From positions 1 to 24,483 of IMG/VR virus record IMGVR_UViG_3300025407_000122: a stretch of DNA of 24,483 nt. One strand, written 5' to 3'. A model generated the notes under the pieces. The model was given only the letters and a program-made list of their open reading frames with translations. It had not been told where the DNA came from and ran no database searches. Shown here one piece after another: positions 9,801-17,755 of the stretch. Positions within the stretch are counted from its first letter, which is position 1. Every line of letters starts with the position of its first letter. Both the position numbers and the translations under genes were made by a program. This DNA comes from a virus. Lineage: Duplodnaviria; Caudoviricetes.

Positions 9801-10385
9801 TTAATCTCTGCGCGGGCCGGGAAGTTTGGATAGCGTTTTCACCAAGTGATGCCGAACGCCTTTAACGAAATTATCAAGATAATCATGGCCTTTGTTCATA
9901 TCGCCACCGCCAAGCCGTTTAACGACATCGGGGTGAACAACATATTCCCCGCCAGCAGCGACAATTGGAACCGGGCGGTAATGACCAGACATAATAGGGC
10001 CGCCGCTTGCGGCCTGTTTTTGAGGTAATCCACCCATTTGGGGTGTTGAACTCATTGTACTCATCCCAAAAGGCGATGTGGCGGATGCGGATCCGGGAAC
10101 CATAGGGTTTGGATATTTAGGGGCGGACATTTGCGCGGGTTTGCTTGTTACGCCAAAAGGGCCTGATTTAAACATTGTATCAATCATTTTGGATCCGGCC
10201 AAAGTATTACCTTCGCCTAAGCCTGATACGATATCAGCGGGGAGAACATACGATCCCTCCAGCACATTCATAGGAATGTGATCGGTTCTTCCACCCACCG
10301 CCATCGTGATAAGACCGACGTGGCAAGGTCTTGATTTCTCACGGGAAATCCTGTCTGCGTGGGAAATATGATCTTGTCCGGCCAT
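9801..10385 (-). CDS. Conserved phage virion-associated protein (GRTDHIP..GSYVLPADIVS family), 194 aa
   Basis: AAGGAG RBS. Two related half-motifs, GSYVLPADIVSGLG and GEYVVHPDVVKRLG. Confidence 0.75.
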   Translation of the reverse strand: MAGQDHISHADRISREKSRPCHVGLITMAVGGRTDHIPMNVLEGSYVLPADIVSGLGEGNTLAGSKMIDTMFKSGPFGVTSKPAQMSAPKYPNPMVPGSASATSPFGMSTMSSTPQMGGLPQKQAASGGPIMSGHYRPVPIVAAGGEYVVHPDVVKRLGGGDMNKGHDYLDNFVKGVRHHLVKTLSKLPGPRRD

Positions 10386-10390
10386 GTTAG

Positions 10391-10398
10391 TCTCCTTA
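10391..10398 (-). promoter_or_regulatory. Shine-Dalgarno site (TAAGGAGA) of the 194-aa gene
   Basis: 5 nt upstream of the ATG at 10385, at the end of a 56-bp AT-rich intergenic gap. Confidence 0.75.
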
Positions 10399-10441
10399 AT
10401 CCCAAATATTTACACTAAAATTTAAAATTTCGATAGTCCTG

Positions 10442-10807
10442 TTAGGTATATGTCAAGGAAACAATTGACCCTGTTCCCGTCACAATTGTAAGCCCCGTCG
10501 CAAATGGTATCTGTATTTGGTATATACCAATCCCCAAAGAAGACGGGATAGCGTAAATCCTATTGCCCGTCAGTGAACCGGAATTATTGGTATCGTAAAT
10601 GTAGCCAGTCGTAGAACCTGCGGCTATGACGGAAATTGTCGCCAACCAACCAGATGAAGATTTTATCACCTGAGTGGTAGCGGCTGCTATTTCTTTGGTA
10701 TTTTTTGAACCATAATACCCCGTCCGCAAACCGTCATAGTTTGCGATTGAGTTAAGGGCTACAACACCATTCTTTTGGGCGGATAACAGGTCGTCTAAGG
10801 ATGCGAT
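10442..10807 (-). CDS. Small beta-rich virion protein, 121 aa, probable ATC start
   Basis: Frame is open from AGGAGG-TTTCC-ATC GCA TCC TTA GAC (xASLDDLLSAQKNGVVALN...). An in-frame TAG at 10817-10819 blocks further extension. The ORF-track TTG start at 10729 has no good RBS. Confidence 0.7.
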   Translation of the reverse strand: MASLDDLLSAQKNGVVALNSIANYDGLRTGYYGSKNTKEIAAATTQVIKSSSGWLATISVIAAGSTTGYIYDTNNSGSLTGNRIYAIPSSLGIGIYQIQIPFATGLTIVTGTGSIVSLTYT

Positions 10808-10811
10808 GGAA

Positions 10812-10819
10812 ACCTCCTA
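10812..10819 (-). promoter_or_regulatory. Strong Shine-Dalgarno site (TAGGAGGT) preceding an ATC codon
   Basis: Minus strand reads TGA GTAGGAGGTTTCC ATC. Confidence 0.75.
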
Positions 10820-10820
10820 C

Positions 10821-13109
10821 TCAATATTTTCCGTCTGCACTTGCGCGGTAGCGTATGCCGCCAAGCCGCCAGAATGTGCCTACGTCATTAGATGATACAT
10901 TAACTGCTATCAAACGCGCCCGAATACGGGTGGAAATATATTCAGTTTGTTGCGTCATAGGATACGGCCCGTAAACAATTGGGGTATCCCCCGGATAATT
11001 AGTCCCATAAAATGTCATTTGAACGGTTGCATTTGGGTTACCGCTATACGTTCCCCATTTCATGTCTGGCCAAACTTGGTCAACAAACATGATGTTGTCC
11101 GCATCAGCTATTTCAAAATAACCCGTTTGGAATGAAGAGTTCATCGCGACCGCCCGAGTGCCGGATGCAGCATCGTTTCCTATTTCATGCTGGTATAAAT
11201 AATTATCAGTCCCAGCACCAATGGGAGGCCCAAGCACAGATTGATCAATCCAAGCAGTACGGCCAAGAGAACCGTAGTCCCATTGGTTGATTGACATGTT
11301 AAATTTGACATAAGAATCATTTTCCCCGTTCGTGCTATTAACGGATGGGTAATACCAAGTTATTTCATTAAATTGGCTATTAACCGCGCAACGAATATGT
11401 TGGGTGTACGGTACGCCATTAGCATCGCTTCCCGTATTAAGGTTTTGAAAAAGAACGTCCCAAACAGGGCAAGGCATTGGTTGGGGACCTTGGCCAGCAT
11501 TCATAAAGAACTGCTTTTGAGACATCCAATAGATAGTGTTGTTTAATTGACCAACACATTTGCGGGAAATAGCGCCGCAATTTGCACCGATCTTGTTAAA
11601 CCCATAAACCAGAGGCGCACCAATATACTGCATGGACCATAAGTCCAAATCAGTCCAAATTAGACCTTGTTGTGCCGCCTGAACGCAAGTTACAATTTTG
11701 GAACCCGTAGGTATGCGGAAAGAACCTGCTTGGTTTTGAGCGGTTCCTATCCACGTCGTAAAATCGGAAACATCAGACCAGCGAATCAAAAGAGGGTCTT
11801 GTTGAAGCGTAAATGAACTACCCCACGCAACAACTTGACGCTGTGGCATAGCGATAAATATTCCATCATTGACCAGCGGAACTTGCGAACCAAGCAATTG
11901 CGCGTTCAAAAACGAACCATTAGGCTGCCAATAATAAATAGCGCCGCCAGCAGGGCAAGCAACCAAATCCTGACCGAAATTGTCCAAAGACCAATCTTCA
12001 GCCGTAATTGGCGACCCCGGTAAAGAAGAAGAGAACGAAACGCCTATACCAAATCCACCGAATCCATAACTTCCCGTACCTGTTATTGATGTAGATGATA
12101 CGGTTTGGCTGATGCTTACCGTATAAGTTCCAGCGCCGCCTCTGCCCGTTCCGTAAGCGGTGACAACCGTGTTAGACGCAATACCTGATCCCGTAATTGT
12201 CATTCCAACAGATAATGGAACACCTGAGGCAAATGATGCGACCGTTAAAAGTGTTCCAGAAATAGAGCCATTTACAAAAGACTGGCTAACAACACCAAAC
12301 CCAGAACCTTGGATTTGAGGGTTTCCCGTAACATAATAATTAATGTTTACGTTTCCCGCATTAATTGAAACGGGGCCAGTTGTAGATGTTGCTGTGGTTC
12401 CAGAATTAAACGTGAAGTTATTTGCATCAGTAACGGATAAAACCGTATAAAGTCCAAATAAATTTATTCCACCTACGCTGGTTGAAACGCCAATATAAAA
12501 CGATGTTCCAATGCTATATCCATGATTAGGAAAATTGCATGAGACAACTTGAGATCCAGATCCGGATGTAAACGCATAAACAGACCCGCCATTTGATACG
12601 TTGGAAGTAGCGGCAGAACCTGCTGTTATCGTATAGGATGAACTGGATACAAAAGTTGTATTATATGGACCTGTTAAGACAATTCCCCCGACAGACACAG
12701 GGGTAACAAATTCCACATAATCTAAATTAGACGTAGTGATGTTAGAGTCACTAACGGTTACTGTGGAAGAACCTGCGGAAGTTGTATAATTTGGCGCTGG
12801 ATTATCCGTGTAAATATACGGCGTAATATTGGATAAGCTGCCATTGGTTAAAACATCCAATTCGTTTGTCGCGCCAATTGCAAGATGGTTTACCGCATCT
12901 AAATCCGCAAACCCTTTTAAGGCCCTTACGGTAGATTGAATTGGGGAGTTATAATATGCAACCCAACCGCCCAGTTTTTGGGGCAAGCCAAAATTATTGC
13001 GGTCTGGAAGAAACCGAATCAAATTGGTCTGTGATAACGCCGCTTCATTTAGAACTGGCGTTACAATTAAATCCGTTCCCGGAATCAGTTTGAGCGTACT
13101 ACGTGCCAT
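10821..13109 (-). CDS. Tail nozzle / stabilization protein (P22 gp10- or T7 gp12-like beta-propeller), 762 aa
   Basis: Trp/beta-rich blades (WSLDNFGQDL, IRWSD..D...W, EITWYYPS, LGRTAWID). Follows the adaptor gene; size is typical. Confidence 0.75.
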   Translation of the reverse strand: MARSTLKLIPGTDLIVTPVLNEAALSQTNLIRFLPDRNNFGLPQKLGGWVAYYNSPIQSTVRALKGFADLDAVNHLAIGATNELDVLTNGSLSNITPYIYTDNPAPNYTTSAGSSTVTVSDSNITTSNLDYVEFVTPVSVGGIVLTGPYNTTFVSSSSYTITAGSAATSNVSNGGSVYAFTSGSGSQVVSCNFPNHGYSIGTSFYIGVSTSVGGINLFGLYTVLSVTDANNFTFNSGTTATSTTGPVSINAGNVNINYYVTGNPQIQGSGFGVVSQSFVNGSISGTLLTVASFASGVPLSVGMTITGSGIASNTVVTAYGTGRGGAGTYTVSISQTVSSTSITGTGSYGFGGFGIGVSFSSSLPGSPITAEDWSLDNFGQDLVACPAGGAIYYWQPNGSFLNAQLLGSQVPLVNDGIFIAMPQRQVVAWGSSFTLQQDPLLIRWSDVSDFTTWIGTAQNQAGSFRIPTGSKIVTCVQAAQQGLIWTDLDLWSMQYIGAPLVYGFNKIGANCGAISRKCVGQLNNTIYWMSQKQFFMNAGQGPQPMPCPVWDVLFQNLNTGSDANGVPYTQHIRCAVNSQFNEITWYYPSVNSTNGENDSYVKFNMSINQWDYGSLGRTAWIDQSVLGPPIGAGTDNYLYQHEIGNDAASGTRAVAMNSSFQTGYFEIADADNIMFVDQVWPDMKWGTYSGNPNATVQMTFYGTNYPGDTPIVYGPYPMTQQTEYISTRIRARLIAVNVSSNDVGTFWRLGGIRYRASADGKY

Positions 13110-13112
13110 AGG

Positions 13113-14042
13113 TTACCCCCTTGGCGGTGTAGCAATAGGTGAAGGCGATTGCGATCCCCAAGCTGAGGATTGAAATTTTTTCCTATACTCCTCTACCATC
13201 GCACCTTTAAGGAGCGTCTGATACTGCTGCTCCCAATTCACAGGCATTTGTTGGTCAGCGCCCGTTGATGAAAAATTGCGTTGATAACCGCCAATGTAAA
13301 TCATAGATGCCGCAATTAACATATCCGGCAAATAAGTTGAGATAAAATTGGCATTGTTTCCGTTGGCCGCATAACCAATGGATGTTGGGTTTCCATAAAG
13401 GCCGCCCAACGTAATTTGGATAACGGTTGAGTTAACTACTGAAACTGCATACGAACCATTGTACGATAAAGGGCTGAAGTTGCCCAAATAAACGGTATTT
13501 CCTGTCGTTAACCCATGAGCGGAAGAAAACGTAATCGTTGCTTGTGTATTGATTGTGTTTACAGAAGCAATGCTTGGCAGTCCACCCAACGGGTTGGAAT
13601 GCACTGTTCCCGTTAAAGTTAATGAATAAGATGCGTTAGGATACGGCCCAAGGAGAATGTACTGGCTTGTATTTCCAGTCGTGGCCGAATCACCGCCATA
13701 CACAGCAAAGACACTTGGAACTCCCGAACTGGCAACACTATTATATACAGATTGGATATATTCCTTCGCCACAGGGGTCAATGGATAGTTTACGCCATTG
13801 TTATTTACCTGAATCGTCTGCAACGTAATGAACGCTGCCGTAGGTATAGTGACCAGATTGTTGCCGGAGGTGGTGGTGTACGATGTTGAGTCGTACACCT
13901 GTGTTGACAGGAAATCTATGTCTCGTTGCATACGCAATTGGGCATAATTAATCGCCTGAGGTAAAATGATCAAAAAGTTAGGATCAGTCGTGGGGACAAC
14001 TGCCAGAGTAGAAATCTGAGACAAATAATCCGTATAGTTCAC
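13113..14042 (-). CDS. Head-tail adaptor / tail tubular protein A-like protein with an inserted beta domain, 309 aa
   Basis: GTG start. Helical N-terminus (MNYTDYL...INYAQLRMQRDIDF), G.P..F and LGPYPNASY motifs, helical C-terminus (PDMLIAASM...YQTLL). Directly upstream of the nozzle. Confidence 0.7.
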   Translation of the reverse strand: MNYTDYLSQISTLAVVPTTDPNFLIILPQAINYAQLRMQRDIDFLSTQVYDSTSYTTTSGNNLVTIPTAAFITLQTIQVNNNGVNYPLTPVAKEYIQSVYNSVASSGVPSVFAVYGGDSATTGNTSQYILLGPYPNASYSLTLTGTVHSNPLGGLPSIASVNTINTQATITFSSAHGLTTGNTVYLGNFSPLSYNGSYAVSVVNSTVIQITLGGLYGNPTSIGYAANGNNANFISTYLPDMLIAASMIYIGGYQRNFSSTGADQQMPVNWEQQYQTLLKGAMVEEYRKKFQSSAWGSQSPSPIATPPRG

Positions 14043-14057
14043 GACTGCCTACTTTCA

Positions 14058-14249
14058 TTACTGAGCGGGCGTATCCACAGGAGCGGGAGCAGATGATGCG
14101 GTTTCAGCCGCATTAATCTGAGGCTGTGCTTGGGTTTTAATATTTTCGTACACCGCAATGCCCGCCTCAAGAGGTAGCTTTCCAAGACCAGCAAGTACGA
14201 CATTAATTTCAGAAACCGTTAAGCTAAGGTTCAATTTCAAATTTTCCAT
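14058..14249 (-). CDS. Small protein, possible tail fibre assembly chaperone, 63 aa
   Basis: AGGAG RBS. LTVSEINVVLAGLGKLP...IKTQAQPQ resembles small proteins found next to phage fibre genes. Confidence 0.6.
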   Translation of the reverse strand: MENLKLNLSLTVSEINVVLAGLGKLPLEAGIAVYENIKTQAQPQINAAETASSAPAPVDTPAQ

Positions 14250-14258
14250 TTTTATCTC

Positions 14259-14813
14259 CTATATAATTGTCCAAGTAGACGGTGAATTAACAACTATTGT
14301 AACTCCAGCATCAATCGTAATAGGCCCCGCCGTCATGGCGTTTTGATTTGATGGTATTGTATAATTAGCGGTAACTTCTTGATTGTTCAAATAAAATATT
14401 CCGTTTGCCGCCCCGGCGGTAGATGTTAGCCCGTCGTTGGCGTAAAATATATTTGTTCCATCAGAATATACGGTTACGTTAAAACCTTGATTGATTATAA
14501 CAGCGTTTCCGCCGCCAGCCGATGCTGCTGTAATATAATACGCGCCAATGGTCTGATTGGAAACAATCCAAAATCCGCCCTCTGATGGGAATGTTATTGT
14601 AATGTTGGTAGAAATAGTACCCGTAAGCAAAATACGCATATTTTGGCATTGGGTAGATGTAAGGGTAACATTTGTATTCGTCAAAGCAACTGAGGCGGTG
14701 GAGCCTAAGGCCGCATCCAAAATATCAGCATTCGCGTTTAGTGGGATATCCCACGTTGGCGATGTCTGATTATATGTTGGCTTGTTTAACTGCTTATTAC
14801 TGGTGGTAGCCAT
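14259..14813 (-). CDS. Short tail fibre / fibre adaptor protein, 184 aa
   Basis: N-terminal P....TW...LN.N...LD anchor-like motif and a beta-rich core. The C-terminal NYTIP..AMTAGPITI..WTII motif is shared with the 1334-aa fibre. Confidence 0.7.
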   Translation of the reverse strand: MATTSNKQLNKPTYNQTSPTWDIPLNANADILDAALGSTASVALTNTNVTLTSTQCQNMRILLTGTISTNITITFPSEGGFWIVSNQTIGAYYITAASAGGGNAVIINQGFNVTVYSDGTNIFYANDGLTSTAGAANGIFYLNNQEVTANYTIPSNQNAMTAGPITIDAGVTIVVNSPSTWTII

Positions 14814-15052
14814 TATTTATCCACCTTCTGTTCAAGTCTATCAAATATCTTTGTCAGCATGGCCTCAATCCGGTTTAAGTGGGACATAAGATCGTCTTTG
14901 CTGACATATTTTGTAGGCAGATCAACCCGTATGTCATTTATCATTTGGCGGTCACGGTTTTGCTCATTGACGATTTGAGTATAGAAATACCCTACCGCAG
15001 CAAACCCCGCCGTAATGATGATGTTAACGATTTGCTGCCAGTCTAAGGTCAT
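14813..15052 (-). CDS. Single-TM small membrane protein (holin-like), 79 aa
   Basis: N-terminal hydrophobic helix (IVNIIITAGFAAVGYFY) followed by a charged coiled coil ending in KVDK. Overlaps neighbours via ATGA and TAATG. Confidence 0.65.
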   Translation of the reverse strand: MTLDWQQIVNIIITAGFAAVGYFYTQIVNEQNRDRQMINDIRVDLPTKYVSKDDLMSHLNRIEAMLTKIFDRLEQKVDK

Positions 15053-16185
15053 GGGTGCGCGGCCTTATACTGGTCAAATTCTGCTTTAAGTTCTTGAATT
15101 GCTTTTGTAAGAATGGCAATCATGTTGCCTTCCGCAATACCAAGAAATTTCTCTTTGGTTTTATCAAGAAGCGTAACTTCGCTTTCTTTAATTATGCTGT
15201 TGACATAAACCTGACCGGACAATGCAGTTTGCACTTCTTGGGCCAAAAACCCAACCGTTGTGTTTTGTGTATCAAAATCGTGAACCGGATGCTGTTTCCA
15301 ATTAAATGAAACCGGATTTAATTTGCTTACAAGGTCTAACGCGCCAGTAAGCGGCGTGACATTAGTTTTGTAATTGGCATCAGACGTTGCAATGGTTGAC
15401 GATGTAGCAAATATTTGGCTATTTACTTGAAGTTTGTATGAACCGTTTGATGACGTATACCCCACCAGCAGATTGCCGGAGGTGTCAATACGCATACGTT
15501 CATATGAACTTAAACTATATGTGGTACCACGAGTTTGAGCAGTAGCGCTGTTTGTGTAAAACGCTATATAACCATTGTTGGCAAGTCTTATTGCATTGTT
15601 TGCAACCGTACCTGTGTATGCCGATAAAACAGTTTGCGAAGAAGTGCTGCCATAAAGACTGGATGCTAAGAGTAAATCACCAGAACTATATTCATTCCAA
15701 ATTGTTGAAAAATTGCTTGTTGTGGGGCCAAATGCGATTCCATTTCCATTTGTAGATGGCAAAACAAGGGTATTAGATAAATTAGATGATACCCCAATAC
15801 CTACGTTGCCGGAAGTATCTAATGATATGCGGGGGGTAGCATTTGTAATAATATTAAAAGGATGATTTGATGTTGTGCCTGCCTGCCCAGAAGTGCCACT
15901 TGAATCACCCAATATAGATGAAACGCCGCCAGTAGACGTGTAACGTATAAAGTTCCCGTTAGAGCCGGAAACATCCAGTTTAACGCCCGGCGAAGTCGTC
16001 CCAATACCCACATTCTGGCTGGCATCTATATACAGCGCATTAGTACCCGCCGTAGATACGCCCCATGTTGTGGCGGATGGGTAATAGACACCCGTGGTAG
16101 GTGTGGTGGTGTTCGTGTCAGCGGGAGCAGATGCTGAACCAAGGACGTTTTGTATTCCCGCACTTCCTGATAGTGTGATGGCCAT
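15049..16185 (-). CDS. Tail fibre with C-terminal intramolecular chaperone (peptidase S74), 378 aa
   Basis: NVGIGTTSP and ERMRIDTSGNLLVG repeats. The S74 domain starts at SDANYK (about 15384) and contains GFLAQEV and KAIQEL. Confidence 0.88.
   Translation of the reverse strand: MAITLSGSAGIQNVLGSASAPADTNTTTPTTGVYYPSATTWGVSTAGTNALYIDASQNVGIGTTSPGVKLDVSGSNGNFIRYTSTGGVSSILGDSSGTSGQAGTTSNHPFNIITNATPRISLDTSGNVGIGVSSNLSNTLVLPSTNGNGIAFGPTTSNFSTIWNEYSSGDLLLASSLYGSTSSQTVLSAYTGTVANNAIRLANNGYIAFYTNSATAQTRGTTYSLSSYERMRIDTSGNLLVGYTSSNGSYKLQVNSQIFATSSTIATSDANYKTNVTPLTGALDLVSKLNPVSFNWKQHPVHDFDTQNTTVGFLAQEVQTALSGQVYVNSIIKESEVTLLDKTKEKFLGIAEGNMIAILTKAIQELKAEFDQYKAAHP
15460..15501. repeat. Dispersed repeat, copy C (fibre linker, in the neighbouring gene)
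   Basis: ccccaccagcagattgccggaggtgtcaatacgcatacgttc, 3 mismatches to 17048-17089. Confidence 0.9.
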
Positions 16186-16186
16186 A

Positions 16187-17533
16187 TTATGCTCCTACCT
16201 TGGCTTGAAGGGCGGTGATTTCAGCGGCTTGGGCGTCTACTTTGGCGGAAAGTTCTTGAATTGCTTTTACAAGCACAGGAATTAATGCGCTTGGGCCAAC
16301 TGACTTATATGGGTTAGAAGGATCATTACTTTCTCCCCATACATCCGTTGCTTCAGGAAATACTTGTTCTATTTCTTGTGCAATAAATCCAAGTTGGTTT
16401 TTCTTACCGTTACCTTGTCCTTCTTTCCAATCAAAACGACGTGGTTTTAAAGCGGTGATAATGTTTAAACCATCTGTAGCATCTACAATGTTTTCTTTAA
16501 GCCGTTGATCTGAAGCTGATTGAACAGTTGTATTTTGAGCAAAAAGAGTACCATCACCACGTACCCTAAACGCGTAAGCGCCCCCGCCTGAATAATAACA
16601 AGCAAGAATACTGTATGCGGTAGAAGCACCTTGCCCTGTGATCATCTGCACAAGTTCGCCAGTATATCCAGTAGTTCCGTTATTAATAAAACGCGAAGCA
16701 CCACCCGCACCAGATATATTAACGTCTACTTCTAATTTTCCGTAAGATGACGTCGTCGTCCCCACCAGCAGATTGCCGGAGGAGTCGATGGTGGCACGGA
16801 TAGTATTATTAGTGCCAAATTGAATAGGATAAGCGCCGCCATTTGATAAAATTGTAGCGTAAGCAGACGAACCGCTGACAAGATTGCCGCCAGAACTATT
16901 TTCTGTTCCAACCACAGATGTAGTATTGCTTACAAATGCCAAATATGGTGAGTTTGTACCAGTCGTTACACCAACAACAACTTTCATATCAGTTGAGGAA
17001 TTTGGTTGGACAAAATTAACTCTTGCGCCACCAATCTGGGAAGTCGTCCCCACCAGCAGATTGCCGGAGGAGTCGATGCGCATACGTTCTGCCAAAGTGC
17101 CACTACCAATGGTGGCAAACTTCATTACACTGCCTTCAGACCCAACTGTTCCACTTACGCATACTGTCTGGATATAGGCTTGCTTAATAGGAGTTGAGTT
17201 GTTGTAGGCAAAGAAGTTAAGTGCGCCGCCGCTTACCCCATCAGGTGCGGATTGATAAAGAATACCGGTTCCATCTAAATTTGAAAATGTTCCAACAGTC
17301 AATTTATTGTAAGAACTAGGAGAAGTCGTCCCAATACCTACATTCTGGGACGTATCAATCGTCATTGCGGTCGTACCCGCAGACTGAATCGTCAATGCAG
17401 TAGCCGCCGCACTTGTGATTGTATTGGTTGTTGCAGCCGCGCCAAAGGTTACGCCGCCCGTGGAACCAAGCGTCATGTTAACCGTACCAGAAGATGGTTC
17501 TTGGATAACTGTTGTTTTAAGAGTTGCGGCCAT
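16187..17533 (-). CDS. Tail fibre with C-terminal intramolecular chaperone (peptidase S74), 448 aa
   Basis: NVGIGTTSP and two IDSSGNLLVGTT repeats. The S74 domain starts at SDQRLKENI (about 16513) and contains GFIAQEIE..FPE and KAIQEL. Confidence 0.9.
   Translation of the reverse strand: MAATLKTTVIQEPSSGTVNMTLGSTGGVTFGAAATTNTITSAAATALTIQSAGTTAMTIDTSQNVGIGTTSPSSYNKLTVGTFSNLDGTGILYQSAPDGVSGGALNFFAYNNSTPIKQAYIQTVCVSGTVGSEGSVMKFATIGSGTLAERMRIDSSGNLLVGTTSQIGGARVNFVQPNSSTDMKVVVGVTTGTNSPYLAFVSNTTSVVGTENSSGGNLVSGSSAYATILSNGGAYPIQFGTNNTIRATIDSSGNLLVGTTTSSYGKLEVDVNISGAGGASRFINNGTTGYTGELVQMITGQGASTAYSILACYYSGGGAYAFRVRGDGTLFAQNTTVQSASDQRLKENIVDATDGLNIITALKPRRFDWKEGQGNGKKNQLGFIAQEIEQVFPEATDVWGESNDPSNPYKSVGPSALIPVLVKAIQELSAKVDAQAAEITALQAKVGA
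16755..16790. repeat. 36-bp exact dispersed repeat, copy A (fibre linker)
   Basis: gtcgtccccaccagcagattgccggaggagtcgatg, identical to 17043-17078. Confidence 0.92.
17043..17089. repeat. Dispersed repeat, copy B (fibre linker)
   Basis: 17043-17078 is identical to 16755-16790. 17048-17089 matches 15460-15501 at 39 of 42 nt. Confidence 0.92.
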
Positions 17534-17536
17534 GAA

Positions 17537-17755
17537 TTAGGTTCCTGATGTGGATGCAAGCAAATAATACGTCGTGCCACCAATGTTTATGGCAATTTTA
17601 TTAGTTACCGTATTGGTTGACGATGAAGATACTGCTGTGGATGCTAAAACTGTGCCTGTAGCCGCTGGCAGGGTTAGCGTATTCGTACCCGCCACAGCCG
17701 CAGGCGACAGGGTGATTTGCCCAGACGAAGAACCATTTAAAGTGACGTTACCCAT
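17537..17755 (-). CDS. Small tail fibre-related protein, 72 aa
   Basis: GGAGG RBS inside the 3' end of the HNH gene and a TAATG overlap. G...G.ITL.PAAVAGTNTLTLPAATGTVL fibre-type motif. Confidence 0.75.
   Translation of the reverse strand: MGNVTLNGSSSGQITLSPAAVAGTNTLTLPAATGTVLASTAVSSSSTNTVTNKIAINIGGTTYYLLASTSGT

Noticed and set aside
15460-17089. CRISPR, DGR or shufflon interpretation of the 36-bp repeats
   Set aside because: Spacing is hundreds of bp and the repeats are in-frame coding. There is no adenine-specific TR/VR mismatch pattern or reverse transcriptase, and the repeats are direct with no invertase present.
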